The notes under the pieces were generated by a model. It worked only from the letters and a program-made list of their open reading frames with translations, had not been told where the DNA came from and did no database searches. DNA of 64,000 bases from positions 62,124,001-62,188,000 of the forward strand of contig OZ024743.1 in the NCBI GenBank assembly GCA_964016885.1. The letters run 5' to 3'. The translations under genes and the position numbers were made by a program. Below are positions 42,336-56,282 of the stretch, in pieces. How positions within the stretch are numbered: the stretch's first letter is position 1; every line of letters begins with the position of its first letter. The stretch comes from Eledone cirrhosa. Lineage: Eukaryota.

Positions 42336-42779
42336 TAGAATCAAATAAAATAATAAAGTTCAAGAGATCCAGGAGTATTATTTTATCGCAGTTTCATCTC
42401 TCGATTTCTTTAAAAAATAGTACAGGAAATAACTGTTAAATATTGCATATATATTGCCGCAGTCCGTGAGCTAGAACAGGGAAGAGTAACAGTGTAGAAA
42501 AAATGCAGGTTTTGAGGAAGCATAGTGATATTGGTAATAAAAGAGGTGGTGTGTAAACATGGAATTGTATGTCTGAGGAGTTTAGTTAGAACAAAAGGTT
42601 ATGTGTAGGACTTCAGAATGTGGTGTACGTAGTATACTATATATTATGCTATATACTGACTTTTTCTGATCATAGTGGGGTGTGCGTTTACGTTGGACAA
42701 AATACTTTGAAAAACATTAAAAAGAAAGAAAAATATGTTTGGGAAAAATGGAGAGAAGAAAATCTACACCGTTAGCTGG

Positions 42780-42900
42780 ATGACGTATCTTGGCTGTGAC
42801 CCACGGACAAGATGGCGAAAAGGTGTTGCCGTGGAGGGTAGCCGATGATACCTGCTTCATCAGCCATTCCACTTCATTTTCAGTAGAATCGCATTCTTTA
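42780..42900 (-). mobile_element. Old CRE-like terminal fragment
   Basis: EVEWLMKQVSSATLHGNTF resembles EMGWLLQRTSLAIVRGNAF. Confidence 0.55.
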
Positions 42901-43884
42901 AACAAACTTTTTTATTTCAGGTGTAATAGAATGGCAAGATACAAACAGTTTTGTAACGAATATTGGGAAAATGGCTCTTACCATTTGCTCATAAAAGTGA
43001 GAGATGGGGAGAGACGGAGGCAGTGAGAGTGGGAGTTTGGTTCTTTTGTGTTCGGACCTGGTGTATATAAGAGAGAATGAGTCTAAAAGCTGTTTCTTAT
43101 ACATGATATAGAACAACTGGTATAAAAGGGATGACCTATGACTATAGCAAATGACATTGCCCAAGAAGCCCTGCAGTGAGATCGAACTCGGGATTTAATG
43201 ATTGTGAAGCGAACCTTTTAACAATTTGGTCATGCTGAGTCCACAATGTAGAAACCTGTAAAAGAATAACTATCTGTTTGCGTTCCCACGCACTTATATT
43301 AAAATATTTATTTGGAAAGCCACAAGTTTGTTGTGCAATTCATTGTAAAATATCTGCCTTGTTATTTAACCACACAAAGAGCTGCGGTTTTGTTTGGGGA
43401 TTTTACTACTGTTTGAAAATGAAACTTTATAATGAAATAAATGAATTTATTGTTGTACAGAAGTATACAAAGATGAAAGTATTATTTTTTTTTAGAGAAT
43501 ACAACTATAAACAAGAAGAGAGAAGAGGAAGGTGAAAGGAAAAATTAGATAATGAAAAGGGAGAATGGTCAACAAAGGGGAAAAGCCTACACCTCCTGGC
43601 TAGGTGGTATATGATTTTTCAAGCAAGTGTAGTAGTTGTAGTGGTGGTATTACTACTGTGATGATTTTGTCATATTGTTGTGGCGGTAGTGGTGTCTTTA
43701 CAACTTGGATGTATATAACTATTCATCCAGCAACATAGACCTATGCATACACGTTTATTATTGTTTTACAAACAAGAGGGAAAAAAGCAGTGTTTTATAT
43801 TTAAATTTTGTCTCATGGCTTGAACTAGAAACTCTGAGTTAACAACGGAGCGAATCATCAACTTCGTACAACTAAGATGGAACT

Positions 43885-44195
43885 CCGTCAAATTCGACGA
43901 TGAGTGTTTTTCAACGGAATGTTCTGCTCGTCAAATTAACGTAGTAGCTGAACATTCCACAGACACGTGTATCTTGAACGTAATTCTCAAGGAGATTCAG
44001 TGCAACTGCGTGTGACAACAAAGGACTTTGAATTACAGGTACAGTACATTCGATGGACTTATAAAACATACATGACGACCCAATTTTACTCAGGAGGCAT
44101 AAGTTGAGCCGAAGCTATGATAAATGACATATGCACAGGTTTTCAGTAGTTGGATCGATCGAGCGTCTTAACCATTTGGCCACGCTGCGTCCACA
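43885..44195 (-). mobile_element. CORE-like SINE
   Basis: cattccacagacacgtgtatcttgaacgtaattctc body. Confidence 0.65.
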
Positions 44196-45358
44196 AATAT
44201 ATCCTTGAATTCAGGGATCTTTAACACTTAGTGGAGTCGTAGAGTCACCATCCTATACCACGGCGGAGTGCCTGGCATTTCAAACATGGCGAAGGCTATC
44301 ACTCTCCATGCTGGAACCACAGTCGATTTCTTCCAGAGAGAGAGAAAAAAAATTACTAAGCCTGCATTTTCTACTACACAGTCAACACCCACTCACAGAA
44401 TGTCAACGACAAAGTTGACGGGGTTACGTGTACGTTTGTGGATGTTTATATGGTTTCAGAATGTACACATACACGTGTATATGAGTGTATGTGTGTACGC
44501 CAGACATACAACTTCCTGAAAATATATGATCAAAGATTTTTTTTGTCATCCCTCTATGTTTCTCACACCGTCGTTCGTTTACTTCTGCCTCTCAGTTTTC
44601 CCTTATGTGGTATTGGGTCTCTGAATTATATGAACATTTTTAACACATCAATCTTAAAACCATTATGTATGTATATGTATGCATGCGTATTGCATGTATT
44701 TATTGTGTGTAAGTATGTATTTATTGCATGCATTTATTATGCGTATGTATATAGTGACAAACGGTAACAGCACGAATCAGCCAATGAAAGGCTGTCTCGT
44801 TCTATCTAGAACCCTGTGACTCCAAATGAGAAGGACATTTATTTGAAATACAACAAAAACTAAATTAAGGATATGAACAATTAAGATATAACGAGATCTT
44901 GTCACCTCGCTCCCTTTTCTTTATGCCCCTGCCCCCTAATAAAATGATGCCTCCACACAGACACACAGAAGGGGGCTAAAAAGAATAATATTCAGAGTAA
45001 TAACATATGACATTCTAAAATGTGGAAATAGACCGGATATATTTGGTCTGTGGCTGAAATGGTAGCACCATAGGGCGAGGAGGGTATAGGGAGTTTAGGG
45101 TGTTTAAGTGTGTTCTGATAAATCAAAAGAATGGGTTTTATACATATGCATAAGATACTTATGGATGTATCTAAACATGTGTTCATCTATTCCTCAGCAT
45201 GGCCAGTCTAATAACTGAAACCAGTAAAAGAATAAAAGCTTATATATATATATAGTCATTAAATTGCGATCATGCTGGGGCATCCCCATGTATGTATATA
45301 TATATATATAATTTCACTGTCTTTAGTCATTAAATTGCGGCCATGCTGAGGCATATCC

Positions 45359-45398
<40 letters not shown>

Positions 45399-45641
45399 TT
45401 ATGGTGCGTCGTTTAGTGGTTAATTGTATTGGGCTCACTTTCGTAAAATGCTTAGGAAAATGAGTTGTACCTGTAATTAACTTGTCACGCTGTCTCGCTC
45501 AATCTCCTTGAAGATTACATTAAGGTTACACGTGTCAGCCACCTGCACATTAATTCCAGAAGCAAGCTGTTCCATTTTCTATAAAATTACTGGAACCTTT
45601 TGAATGATGTCCAACCCCAACAAATTGAGTCGTTGTACTTC

Positions 45642-46680
45642 ATACTATTCTAATACTGTGATAAAAACGGAAATAGAGCGTCTTCTTGAGAATTTTTCTT
45701 TCTTATTTTTTAAACAGAATTAGATATAAATTACCTTACTCGTGAAGATTTGAAATGAAATTAAGATTTTATATCGATATATTGACCTGTGCCGCCGGGT
45801 TGGAAGTGGTATCCCGTCTGGCAGTTGTAAGATCAGTCGGCTAGAATTTTCAGACGACATGGTTGTTACTTAATTCGACAGAAGGTGATCTCCGACTTGC
45901 ACTTGATAGATTTGATGCTGAGTGCTGCGAAAACTGAGACACTCGTCCTCTCAAGGAAGCCTGCACACTCGTGATGTGGAGTTCCAATGAAGCAGGTGGA
46001 GAAGTTCAAGTATCTATGGACCACTACTTCTCCGAATTGAGAAATCACAGCTTCGATACTACGGATACCTATAAAATGTCTCAGGAAAAAATCTCTGGAC
46101 AGATTTCATGGGCAAAACCAACCGGCAAGAGACCCATAGGTAGACCCCGAACAAGATGGCTGGATGACATCCATGAGCTTGGCTGGTTTCACTTGTGCAT
46201 TCAACCGGATCAGTTGGAGATGGTTGCTTCTGACGGACCCACTGGAACGAGTGTTTGAGGACTCTGTCCCCACGACCCTCTTAAAAATAAGTGGGCGAAG
46301 AAGTAGAAGACATTGATATATTCCCATGGAACGACAACCTTTCCGTTCTGGCAATGAACACTTTAACACCGTTCCTACTTGGATGTGTCTATGAGAAGAG
46401 ATAGAGTAGTTGTTGAACTTGAAAGAAGACAATTCACCAGGTAGTGCTGACGTCAATAGTTTATGTTAACGTTAGTGGTGTGAAGTCTTCTTATTGAGTT
46501 GGGAATAAACCGTCCATCTTGTTACAAAATATATTTTTAAATTGCATGTAAAATCTTAATTTCATTTCAAAGGTCTATGAGTAAGATATTTTGTACCTAA
46601 TACTAATGAAAAAAAGATTAATATTCGCACTAAAACAATGTTTTAGTTCCATTGCTAACAGAAAATCTGAAATACGGTAG
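45642..46680. mobile_element. Foldback/MITE with long diverged inverted arms and a nested RTE fragment
   Basis: 45705-45780 is approximately the reverse complement of 46540-46615 (tttgaaatgaaattaagatttta / taaaatcttaatttcatttcaaa). Confidence 0.6.
45780..46305 (+). mobile_element. RTE (Rex3-like) LINE fragment with internal deletion
   Basis: ISRLEFSDDMV..STEGDLRLALDRFDAEC..KTETLVLSRK..QVEKFKYL joined to AKPTGKRPIGRPRTRWLDDIHELGW. Confidence 0.85.
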
Positions 46681-46804
46681 TTTAAAATGTTATAAATGCT
46701 TTCTATTTCCTAAATATCCTGTAAATATTTTGATGCGTCGTTATTTTTATGTATTATTTTCCATTGTTATATTATGAGCCAGTTCTGTTGATTAGTTTAT
46801 ATAC

Positions 46805-47092
46805 TGGATCTCCGTCGGTTCGATCAACGGAACAGCCTGTTTGTGAAATTAATGTACAAAGAGCTGGACATTCCACTGTCACGTGCACCTTTAACGTAGT
46901 TTTCAAAGAGAATGTGGCTTAAAGCTGACCATTTGAATTACAGGTGCAACGCATTTCTTTTCAGGTGAGTGAACTGCAACAATGTGAAACAAAGTGTCTT
47001 GCTCAAAGACACAACGCACTACAGATAATCAAACTCACTGCCTTACGATCGTGAGCCGAACACGTCTTACCACTAAGCCGTGCACATTCACT
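46805..47092 (-). mobile_element. CORE-like SINE
   Basis: aaagtgtcttgctcaaagacacaac..ccttacgatcgtgagccgaacac. Confidence 0.75.
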
Positions 47093-47921
47093 CCTGAATA
47101 AAACATTAGTTAAATGCCTGGAAATCTTCTCAAATTAACTTTTTCCTATATTCCACATAAGTTTAAGCGCCTTCTCTGCCTATATAATATTTTCATGGAC
47201 AGCAACGAAACAAAACACTGTTAACGTACCAGCAGTTTGGTTTAGTTTAAAATCCTGCCTCAAAGCTAAACACTGTACTTGCTGTGGAATACGATCTCTC
47301 AGTTCCTGGTTTTCTTAATGAAAATCCACAAATTATTTTCCACTCTACTGGACAAAGGGAGACACAAACCAAACCTCACCTCCACTTCTACAATGTAATT
47401 TTTAAATGATTTAATAACTTTAGAGTTTTTAATCCATCCTTGAACTGGAAACCAGATAAACACGATAATTTGAAACGTCTCTCTCTCTCTCTCTCATCAG
47501 ATAAATAATGATAAATACATAATTGAGAAAAGGCGGCGAATTGGCAGGCTTGTTTATGTCAGATTAAGTGCTTTACAGTATTTGTTCTGCCACTTTACGT
47601 TCTGAATTCAACTTGCGTCATGGTCAACTTTCGAGGTTGATAAAATACCAGTCCACGGCGGTGGTTTGCGGAATTGTTAAAACATTTGACGAGGTGTTTT
47701 ACTGTATCTGTTCTAGCTCTTTGTACCCTGAGTTCAAATTCTGAACCATGTCTAATCTGCTCTTGACCAGTATGGGCAGTAGACCCCAAACCAGCATGAA
47801 TGCTGAAGAATCCTCTAGCCATGTATGGAAAACGACTATGATAGAAAAATAACTAAGAGTGGAAGTAGTAGATAAATCTGTATTACTTGTGTAAAACAGT
47901 AAACTGTCAAATCTGAAAGCA

Positions 47922-48842
47922 TAATGGTTTCTGATTTTGACACAAGGCCATCAATTTGGGGGGAGGGGAAAGTCGATTAAACGACCCCAGTGCGTTACTG
48001 GTACTTTATTTTATCGATCCCGTAAGGATGAAAGGCAAAGCTAACCACGGCGGGATATGAAATCAAAACGTAAAGGGGCGTAACTCCGTGCCGCAAAGGA
48101 CGGTACCCGACGCTCTGCCGATGCTCCCAATCCACTAAACATAATACTGAGTAGGAAGATGACATTGAGTGATAGTAAAGGTGTGTGAATTAGTGGTTGG
48201 GTTTCTAGACTCACAGCCAGAAGGTCGTGGGTTCGATTCCGGCACTGGCTGTTGTGTTGTTGAGCTGCTTTCCGTGATAGGACGGGGACCCTTTTTAAAA
48301 CACTCGAGAAATTGCCTATGCAATGTAACTTCGCAGGCCGTCAGCTAAACCTATATAGGTGAGTGCCGTAAATTTTATTTGTCTCATTTCATTGCGTGGA
48401 AATTAGTGTAACAGATATAGCTCTGTGGTTATGAAGTTCGCTTCACAACTACGTGGTTTCGCTTTCAACACTACCTCGTGGAACTTTGGACAAGTGTCTT
48501 CTCTCTTATCCTCTAGTCAACTAAAACTTATGAAGTTTTATTCAGACGAAAACTGAAAGCTCGTCGGTTAATTGAGGATCTGTTTCTGATTTTTTTTTTT
48601 TAATACCACAAACTAGCCCTTGGGTGCCTTTGATAACTTCCTCTTTTCCTACCATCATTCTTGGAAGCTCTTATAACACTATGACATGTAGACATCTTAT
48701 ATATATATATATATATAGTAATAATTGTGTCTACTTTTGGCACAAGGCCAGCATTTACCCAGTACATTACTGGTACTTTATTTTATCGACCCCGTAAGGA
48801 TGAAAGGCAAAATTAACCTCGGCGGGATTTGAACTCAGAAAG
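47922..48842. mobile_element. SINE cluster (family A on - at 47922-48135 and 48718-48842; tRNA-headed on + at 48183-48570)
   Basis: Core motifs; B-box gggttcgattccgg at about 48229-48242. Confidence 0.75.
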
Positions 48843-48881
48843 GCATATATATAGTAATAATAATAATAAGTGTGAAGACTA

Positions 48882-48921
<40 letters not shown>

Positions 48922-49768
48922 AGGTCGCTGGAACTCCAGAAATAGCAGCCCAATCTCCCTCAGATGACACCCTAACCTCTTGAGAAAAAAGAAAGACACA
49001 TTAGATAGCGTGATTCTAGATACCTCATGGCTTGGATGCCTTTGCGCTGATAATAGTTTTGTCAGATCATGGATGACCTTGCTCTAAACATTAACAAATA
49101 ATACTATAGACTCGGCGTTTGTTCAATGACTGTGGAATAAGTGTGTGTGTGTTATTTGAGAATGGTTTCCTAATTATTCTTGACCTTCACACTAATCTTT
49201 CTCCTACACTATGCAATAGATGTGTCACTTCAATTGTTCTGCTGTTGGTGGTGGTGGTGATGGTTATACAGCTGCTGTTGTTGTAGTGGTAGTGGTAGTG
49301 GTGGTGGTGGGTTTTTCCTTCATATATGTGCATGTATATACGGTTAAATACATTCCATTGCTCTGGTAGTGGTGATGTTTACACCAATCCCATCCGGCTT
49401 GTTGTTGAGATACACTAACTCATTATTTCATATTACTCATTAAATGTTAGCCTTTATATTAGTCCAACTTTCTGGAGTGTCTCATTTCATAACAACTGCA
49501 TTATACAGTATATATTGGTAATGGTGTCCTATGATTAGTGAAATGTTTTGTTGACACTTACGTGTGTGTGTTTTTACACTTACAGATATATAAATGCTTA
49601 TAAAAATTAATAATATAATATATAGAAATAAATACAGAAAGAAGTGTGTTTAGAATTACAAGGGCTGAAAAACCACTTTGGTGCGATGTATATAATCTAT
49701 GAACAAACGGAAAATATATAATAACCGGAAAAAGTTGAATTAAAATGTACTAACAGTTTTAATAACTA

Positions 49769-50757
49769 CTAGCAGTAAAACCCGGCGTTGCTCGGGGTCG
49801 CCCAGTAGCTGTGTTAAAGTTACAATGTTAAGTTTCTTTCTTGGCTTAAAAACTGTAGTGTCTACTGTGCAGACTTGCATGTGGTGTTTTTGATTAATAT
49901 TCCCTCAACCAACAATATGCCTTATGAAGTTAAGAAAACATAACGATAACCCGAATGTTATAACAAAAGAGGATGCTGGGGATAGAAACTGCACTGGTTA
50001 TTTATTAACAAAGATCGAAAATGTAAACACTGCAACGCAGAGAAAAACATTAGCGTAACCAAATTATCAGTTATGTCTGTCTGCACGCCTATATCACCTC
50101 TCTGCACGACTGTCTGTCTGCACGCCTATATCACCTCTCTGCACGACTGTCTGTCTGCACGCCTATATCACCTCTCTGCACGACTGTCTGTCTGCACGCC
50201 TATATCACCTCTCTGCACGACTATCTGTCTGCACGCGTATATCACCTCTCTGCACGACTGTCTGTCTGCACGACTATCTGTCTGCACGCCTAACGACGAA
50301 ATATTTGCTTGTTTTACGTAGTCTTTAAATAGACTTGTTTTCAAGTAAAAAATATTGTTTTAAAATGCTTTTAAATGGAAATGAAGCAAAACGGAAGCTT
50401 AGTGTTCGAACTGATGAATTTTGCAGGTCAATATTTTGCTGGCTCGACAACTGTTCGTGTATTGTGTTAATGTCATTTTAAACGCTGAGAAAGCCAGCGT
50501 AATTTTTTACGTAAGACGCTCAATGTAAACAGAACAAAGGGAAATAACTGATAACTTACGCTCAAAAATCAATACATTATATTTATTCGATTTCGTCAGA
50601 TAGGGCGGGTCAATTTGAAATATTTTTTTCCGATGTCTTCGCTAGGGCTCAATGTACAAGTATAGCAATTTCGGTGCAATTCCGTCAGAGATTCTAAGAG
50701 GAGATGTGTGCCAAAAATCGATAGACAGACAGACAACCACAGTTTTATATATATAGA
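49769..50757 (-). mobile_element. Non-autonomous Helitron (989 bp) inserted at A|T
   Basis: The - strand starts A|TCTATATATATAAAACTGTGGTTGTCTGTCTG and ends cccgagcaacgccggg hairpin-ttttactgCTAG|T, with no TSD. Confidence 0.85.
50074..50290. repeat. 37-bp minisatellite (about 5.5 copies) inside the Helitron
   Basis: ctgtctgtctgcacgcctatatcacctctctgcacga; anchors at 50088, 50125, 50162, 50199 and 50236. Confidence 0.9.
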
Positions 50758-51752
50758 TTGAACTCCTGGACAAACTAGAGATATAGTTTGTTTCGCCATA
50801 AATTTGTGTCTGTAACAAAATCCTAGGGCTTCTCAACAGGAGTTAGAATTATATGCACAGCACACCTAGAGATAATTTAGGTAACTAAATATCACACGAG
50901 GTTTATATATAGAGAGAGAGAACGGCTAGAAATGGCTAGAAATGGCAGCCTAAAGCCACTCAACTTCAAAGCTCAACAAATAAGGGAGGTTGTTAGGAGC
51001 CGAATTCCAATAAAAAGCAGAGTTATAGACTCATTAATACCCTGTAATTAATGAGCTCAAAGTATAAAAATTAATAGAAATTCGTTCTCGTTACAATTTT
51101 CTTTCTTTTTTTCTAATGCTAAATGAATTAACCTAGTTAAGGTGTTGGATTCAGGATCATAAGATCGTAGGTTCGATTTCTGAGCAGTGTGTTGTGTTAT
51201 AGAACAAGATGCTTCATTTCCCGTTGTTTGGGTTTTTTCCGATAGGTCTGGGGGACACCTGAAATATCTCCTGCGAGAGCTTACCATATAGACGACTAAT
51301 TAAACCTGCATAGGTGTGAACTGTAAATTTCCTTTTTTTTTTTCAGATGGATAACTATATTGACAATTTAGTTGAATATAGTGCTTTATGTACTTTATAT
51401 ATGTTATGCACTTGTTTACTCATAAATGTGTGTATTTGTGTGTACGACGGAGTTAGAGTTGTTAGATAGAGTACTTTGCGGCATTCGTTCCAACTTTCTG
51501 CACTCTGAATTCAAGTTACCCGAAGTTCAGTTTTGCTTTTCATCCGTTTGTGGTTGATAAATAAAATACCAGTCAAGTATTAGGGCCAATTTTTCCTGTA
51601 TACCTCTTTCTCACTTCCACTCTCTTACGCGCTCTTTCCTTCGCTAGAAGAAATTGGCTGTTTACATCAAGAGAAGTATGGTCCTCGCCAAGTTTAAATA
51701 ACAAAGACGGCGTCCCAAGGACTCCGCCGAGAGTTAAGATCCCATGGATATA

Positions 51753-51937
51753 CGAGGGGGTGCTGAACAGTTCCTGGTTAAGGGTATTGCGAAAGGGTAG
51801 AACTGTTACTTTTACAGAGGAGGTAGGACCGCTGAAATAAGTGTGCGAATCTGAGATGGAAATATGTTGAATAAGATCATAATTAACTGATCCTCCTGTA
51901 TTTTCTTTTATCCAAAGCCAGGAACTTTTCAGCACCT

Positions 51938-51941
<4 letters not shown>
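51753..51941. mobile_element. Mariner-like MITE with TA TSD
   Basis: ta|cgagggggtgctgaacagttcctgg ... ccaggaacttttcagcacctcct. Confidence 0.8.
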
Positions 51942-51976
<35 letters not shown>

Positions 51977-53199
51977 CATACACATACACCTCTCTCTGTC
52001 TGTATGTGTATATGATTTCATCCTTATTGTATGGATGCAGAAATGAAATGAGAAGTTAAGATGTTCACTTCGTAATTATAAGATCCTAGGTTCGATCCAC
52101 TGCGTGTCACCTTGAGCAAGTGTTATTTACTTTAACCTCTATTTGATCCTGGTTTTGTGAGCAAAATTAGGTAGACGAGAATTGTTTGGGAGCTCGTCGG
52201 CTGAACTCTACCTATAATTCAAAAGGCCAACCTTGTCGCATTGTAATAAACTGTATCTTTGAGAACTACGTTAAGGGTATGCGTGCCTGTGGCATGCTTA
52301 ATCATTTGGCCATGCTTCGTCCATCATTTGATCCCTTCGATACCAATCTCCCTTGCCCTGTGATATAAAATTGTATATTTTAAAATAGTTATCTAAAGAA
52401 CTTCTATCATAACTTTATGAGAATATTTAAGTGTGTGTCAAACAACAGGTAAATTGTGAGAAAGTTAGATTACCTCCAAATTATTGATTAATTTGAATAT
52501 TATTTGAAAACCATAGGCAGGCAGTCATTAGAAATGTTATCACTAAAGTGTTTATATACATATACTAGTTGTAGCCTGGATTTTCCTTCACACACACACA
52601 CGCTCACGCGCTCACTCACTTTTATGGATGGTCATTAACTCTTTTGAGTTTTCCCGGCCATTGATGGATTTTCAACCCGCAGGATAACCAAAAATCACTC
52701 TCCTCACCAACCAAGCTTGGTGGGGTTGCTTGTTTAGTCGCCGAACATGACCATATGAGAGGTTGTACTATGTTATCTGTAACGCTGAAGAGAGACCTGG
52801 CATATATATATATATATATATATAACTAAATCTTTCCAAATCTTAATTACTTTCTAAATTATTTGAAAAAACATAGGCAGTGTTTTATTAGAAACGTGAT
52901 CACAAAGAGGTTAAACAGGAAAGTCTTGTGTATAGTATCGACAAAAATTACTCAACTGTATGACGTTTGAATATTTATTCTGGAAAGCTAAAGCATTATT
53001 CATCACAAGACTGTTTCACTAGGTTTATCTCAACGTCCTTGTCCTTCTTACATAACTAAACGTTGTCAGCCAATTTATCATTCATTATTTCCTACTAAAA
53101 TTGAATATTTATATTTAACACAGACATATATATCTGTTGCGTTGGACCATTATGGGTTCAGTCTGCTCTTTAAATATTTTACGTGCAAGTAGCTAGCCT

Positions 53200-53572
53200 T
53201 CTTTAGATAGATGCACCCTTAACGTAGTTCTCAGGGAGATTCAGCGTGAAAAATTGAATATTTGTAATATTTAGCACAGCTGCTAAACGTGTTGGACTTC
53301 TGTCGATTCCGCTGACCAGTATTTTAGCTGTTCGAACAGCAGAACAGCATATTTGTGAAATTAACGAGCATTCCACAGACACGTGCACTTGTAATGTAAT
53401 AATGCTGGTTCTTTCAATTTTAGTTAGCTACAACTTATTTTTGCCAACTGGTTGACTGAAGCAACGTGAAATAAAGCGTGTTGTTCCAGGACATAACACA
53501 TCGCAAAGAATAGAACTCACAACCTTACAATCGTAATCTGAACACCATAACCTCTAATCAGCGCGTCTTCAC
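53200..53572 (-). mobile_element. CORE-like SINE
   Basis: gcaacgtgaaataaag..ggacataac..gaactcacaaccttacaatcg. Confidence 0.65.
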
Positions 53573-54321
53573 AGCTCAAATATTCACGTGTATATATTTA
53601 TTTCATATCACATTTGGTGGGCAATAAGGTCGTTGGTTGCAGGCTTATAATGGGTCAATCAGTGCTTCACTGTATTTTTTTCACATCGGAGTGGCAACGA
53701 TTTCTCTATGTAACTCGGGACAAAGCAAACATCATAAGTAATTTTGTTGCAATAGCATAAATGCAAGCACGCATACCCACATATATATATATATACGTCA
53801 GGTCTCCACTGTACAATTTCTGGGTAACCAAATTCCATTAAAAGTCGAATATTTTAGACTATTCTTTAAGTTATATTTATGGGGTCTACAATTGTATGAG
53901 TATTACTTTCGACTAGATTAAATTTACACTATAATTCAAAATACTGTACCCATTGACAGAAGTTCAAATGGACTTTTAATAAATAAAAATTAATCAATGT
54001 CTATTTCTGAGCATCAGAACACATTTCGTGCTACCGAAACACACAAAGCCACGTAGCTCTTATATTTCCATTTCTATACAGCAGAACCTAATAGGATGCT
54101 AAATGATACCTGATCAGCGAGAACCCGCGGAACTCAGTATCAACAGCGTGTAATTTCAGTAATATAATAGTGTGTGTACACCACGCAATCTCGTTCACTG
54201 AACCAATCTAGCTCAGTCCTATTGAAATTGTTGAATAGACGACACTGAAATAGTTAACCCTTATGGTTATTGAACTAGTCTTTCATTTCTCGGTTAGATA
54301 CACATGAATAATATTCCATAC

Positions 54322-54475
54322 TAACTAATAATTTTCACTAAAGCTTATCACATGACCTAACTAATAATTTTCACTGAAATTAATCACATGACCTTAACCA
54401 ATATTTTTACTGAAGCTTTTCGCATGACCTTAGCCAATAATTCTCACTGAAGCTTATCACATGACCTTAGCCATG
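54322..54475. repeat. Minisatellite of about 36-37 bp, 4 copies
   Basis: catgacc at 54351, 54387, 54423 and 54460. Confidence 0.85.
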
Positions 54476-56079
54476 ATTCTGTAATATAGGCGGCGAATTA
54501 GCAGTCATGAGAGCTTCAGTTTAAATGTCTGTTTGTTTTTGCGCTTTGAGTTCAAATTCCACCGAATTCAACTCTGCCTTTCATCCTTTCGGGTCGATAA
54601 ATAAAGTAGCAGTCTAAAGGTAGTAAATTGGTAGAACTGTTAGAGTCGCACTGAATACTTTGCGATATCTGATTCGGTTCTTTGCGTTATGCGTTCGATT
54701 CCACCTTCTTCTGCCAAGAATTACGATAATATCAGTGATGGAAAGACGATCGGCTCCTTTCCTATAATTTTTCTTTAATATATAAAGGAAGACACGATAT
54801 GGGGGAGAGGGATTTAATTGAGAAGGGATAAAAGTGGTCAGTGGCAGGCAGAGGATAAATTCCACACACAATGTCGTATTAGCACATATGAGTGAGAGAG
54901 AAAGAACATTTACGACTGTAAGAGGTGCTCCTACATGGCCTTGCCTTAGTTGGCTAAAATAGATTAAAGACCAACGTGTGAGAGTGTGTATGTGTGTGTA
55001 ATGGTGCATGAAAGGTGCAAGTGTGTAATAAGTACTCTAAACTCAGCTACTCTGCAGACATCTCACTCTAAATTAACTCTACAACCTCGCCTCTCTATGT
55101 ATCTCTCTCTCTCAATTCAATGTTTCTCTCTCTTACGTCTCTGTCTATCACTACTTCTACTTCTACTTTTCTATTTCTCTCTCCTCACTGTTGACATAAT
55201 TATTCAAAGAGACTAAGCAAAGATTATTTATAACATCACATGTGAAGACCTTCCTTATAACAAAAATATCTCATTCATATATATATGAGTGGGGGGGGGG
55301 GGGTTTATTCATATATACATGTATTTGTATGTATTTATTCATAAAAGTAAGTTTTGGGTGTGTATATATATATATATAAAATTTCTTTATATACACTTGG
55401 GCTTTGAATTAAGAAAGTGTCTATTTCTTTAAACAGTAATTTATTTATGAAGCAGATCTTGCCATAAACATTTATGTTTTTCTTCTTTCTCTTTCTTATC
55501 TCATTGAACTGGTTACATTCTTAATGTGTAACAAGAACAACAGCTGCAATATTGCCATTGAAATGGTTAAATCTCATAAGCACAGCAATAGCTGTAATAG
55601 TGTTTCTAATATAGGCATGTCATAGAAATTGCTAAATACTTAATGCTCACCAACACTAGCGATAATATTGCCATTACTCCCATAAATAATAACGCTAGAC
55701 CTACTGGACATAGCAACCAATTTTCCCTCTATTCATACTGTAATCTCTCAAAATACTATCCTCGATAGATAAATACGGTATGATCAAAACTGGAACGCCC
55801 TTGATTGTTTGTCCGCTCAGTCAGAGCTTGTAAAATGTGTATAGTGTGAGAGGTGTTCAATTGACTACTTGATATAAAACTGCTCAATACATCGTTGTTT
55901 CAAATCTTATTCATATTTGGATAATGCTGTAACATTCCTCTTATTTCTGTTCCTGAACTGCCTTAGCTCATACCAATATTGGATTTTTTGTTTTCGTTTC
56001 CATGCTAGCCACATATTTTGCCATTGTTAACGTTTCTGTTGCCATATTTCTAATGAAATACTGTCTTGGATTTTCAAAT

Positions 56080-56282
56080 GATTTTACGGACAAAACCACA
56101 AAACCAACTGGCAAGAGACCCAGGGGTAGACCCCGAGCAGGATGGTTGGATATCATCCATGAGCTTGGCTTTTCACACTTGGGGATCCAGTCGGATCAGA
56201 TGGAGACGGCTGCTTGTAACAGGAACCGCTAGAAGGAGTGTTTGAGGACTCTTCCCCACGCCCCTCTCAAGTGGGCGAAGCG
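56080..56282 (+). mobile_element. RTE (Rex3-like) LINE 3' tip
   Basis: KPTGKRPRGRPRAGWLDIIHELGFSHLGIQSDQME. Confidence 0.8.

Noticed and set aside
42921-42996. Phase-compatible candidate second exon (tttcag|G...AAA|gtgaga; CNRMARYKQFCNEYWENGSYHLLIK)
   Set aside because: The peptide is unrecognisable and is wedged between a CRE fragment and a repeat also seen at about 18930-18995. It is unsupported without RNA data.
48183-48250. tRNA gene-like A/B boxes
   Set aside because: The sequence continues into a SINE body and has no complete acceptor stem, so it is a SINE head.
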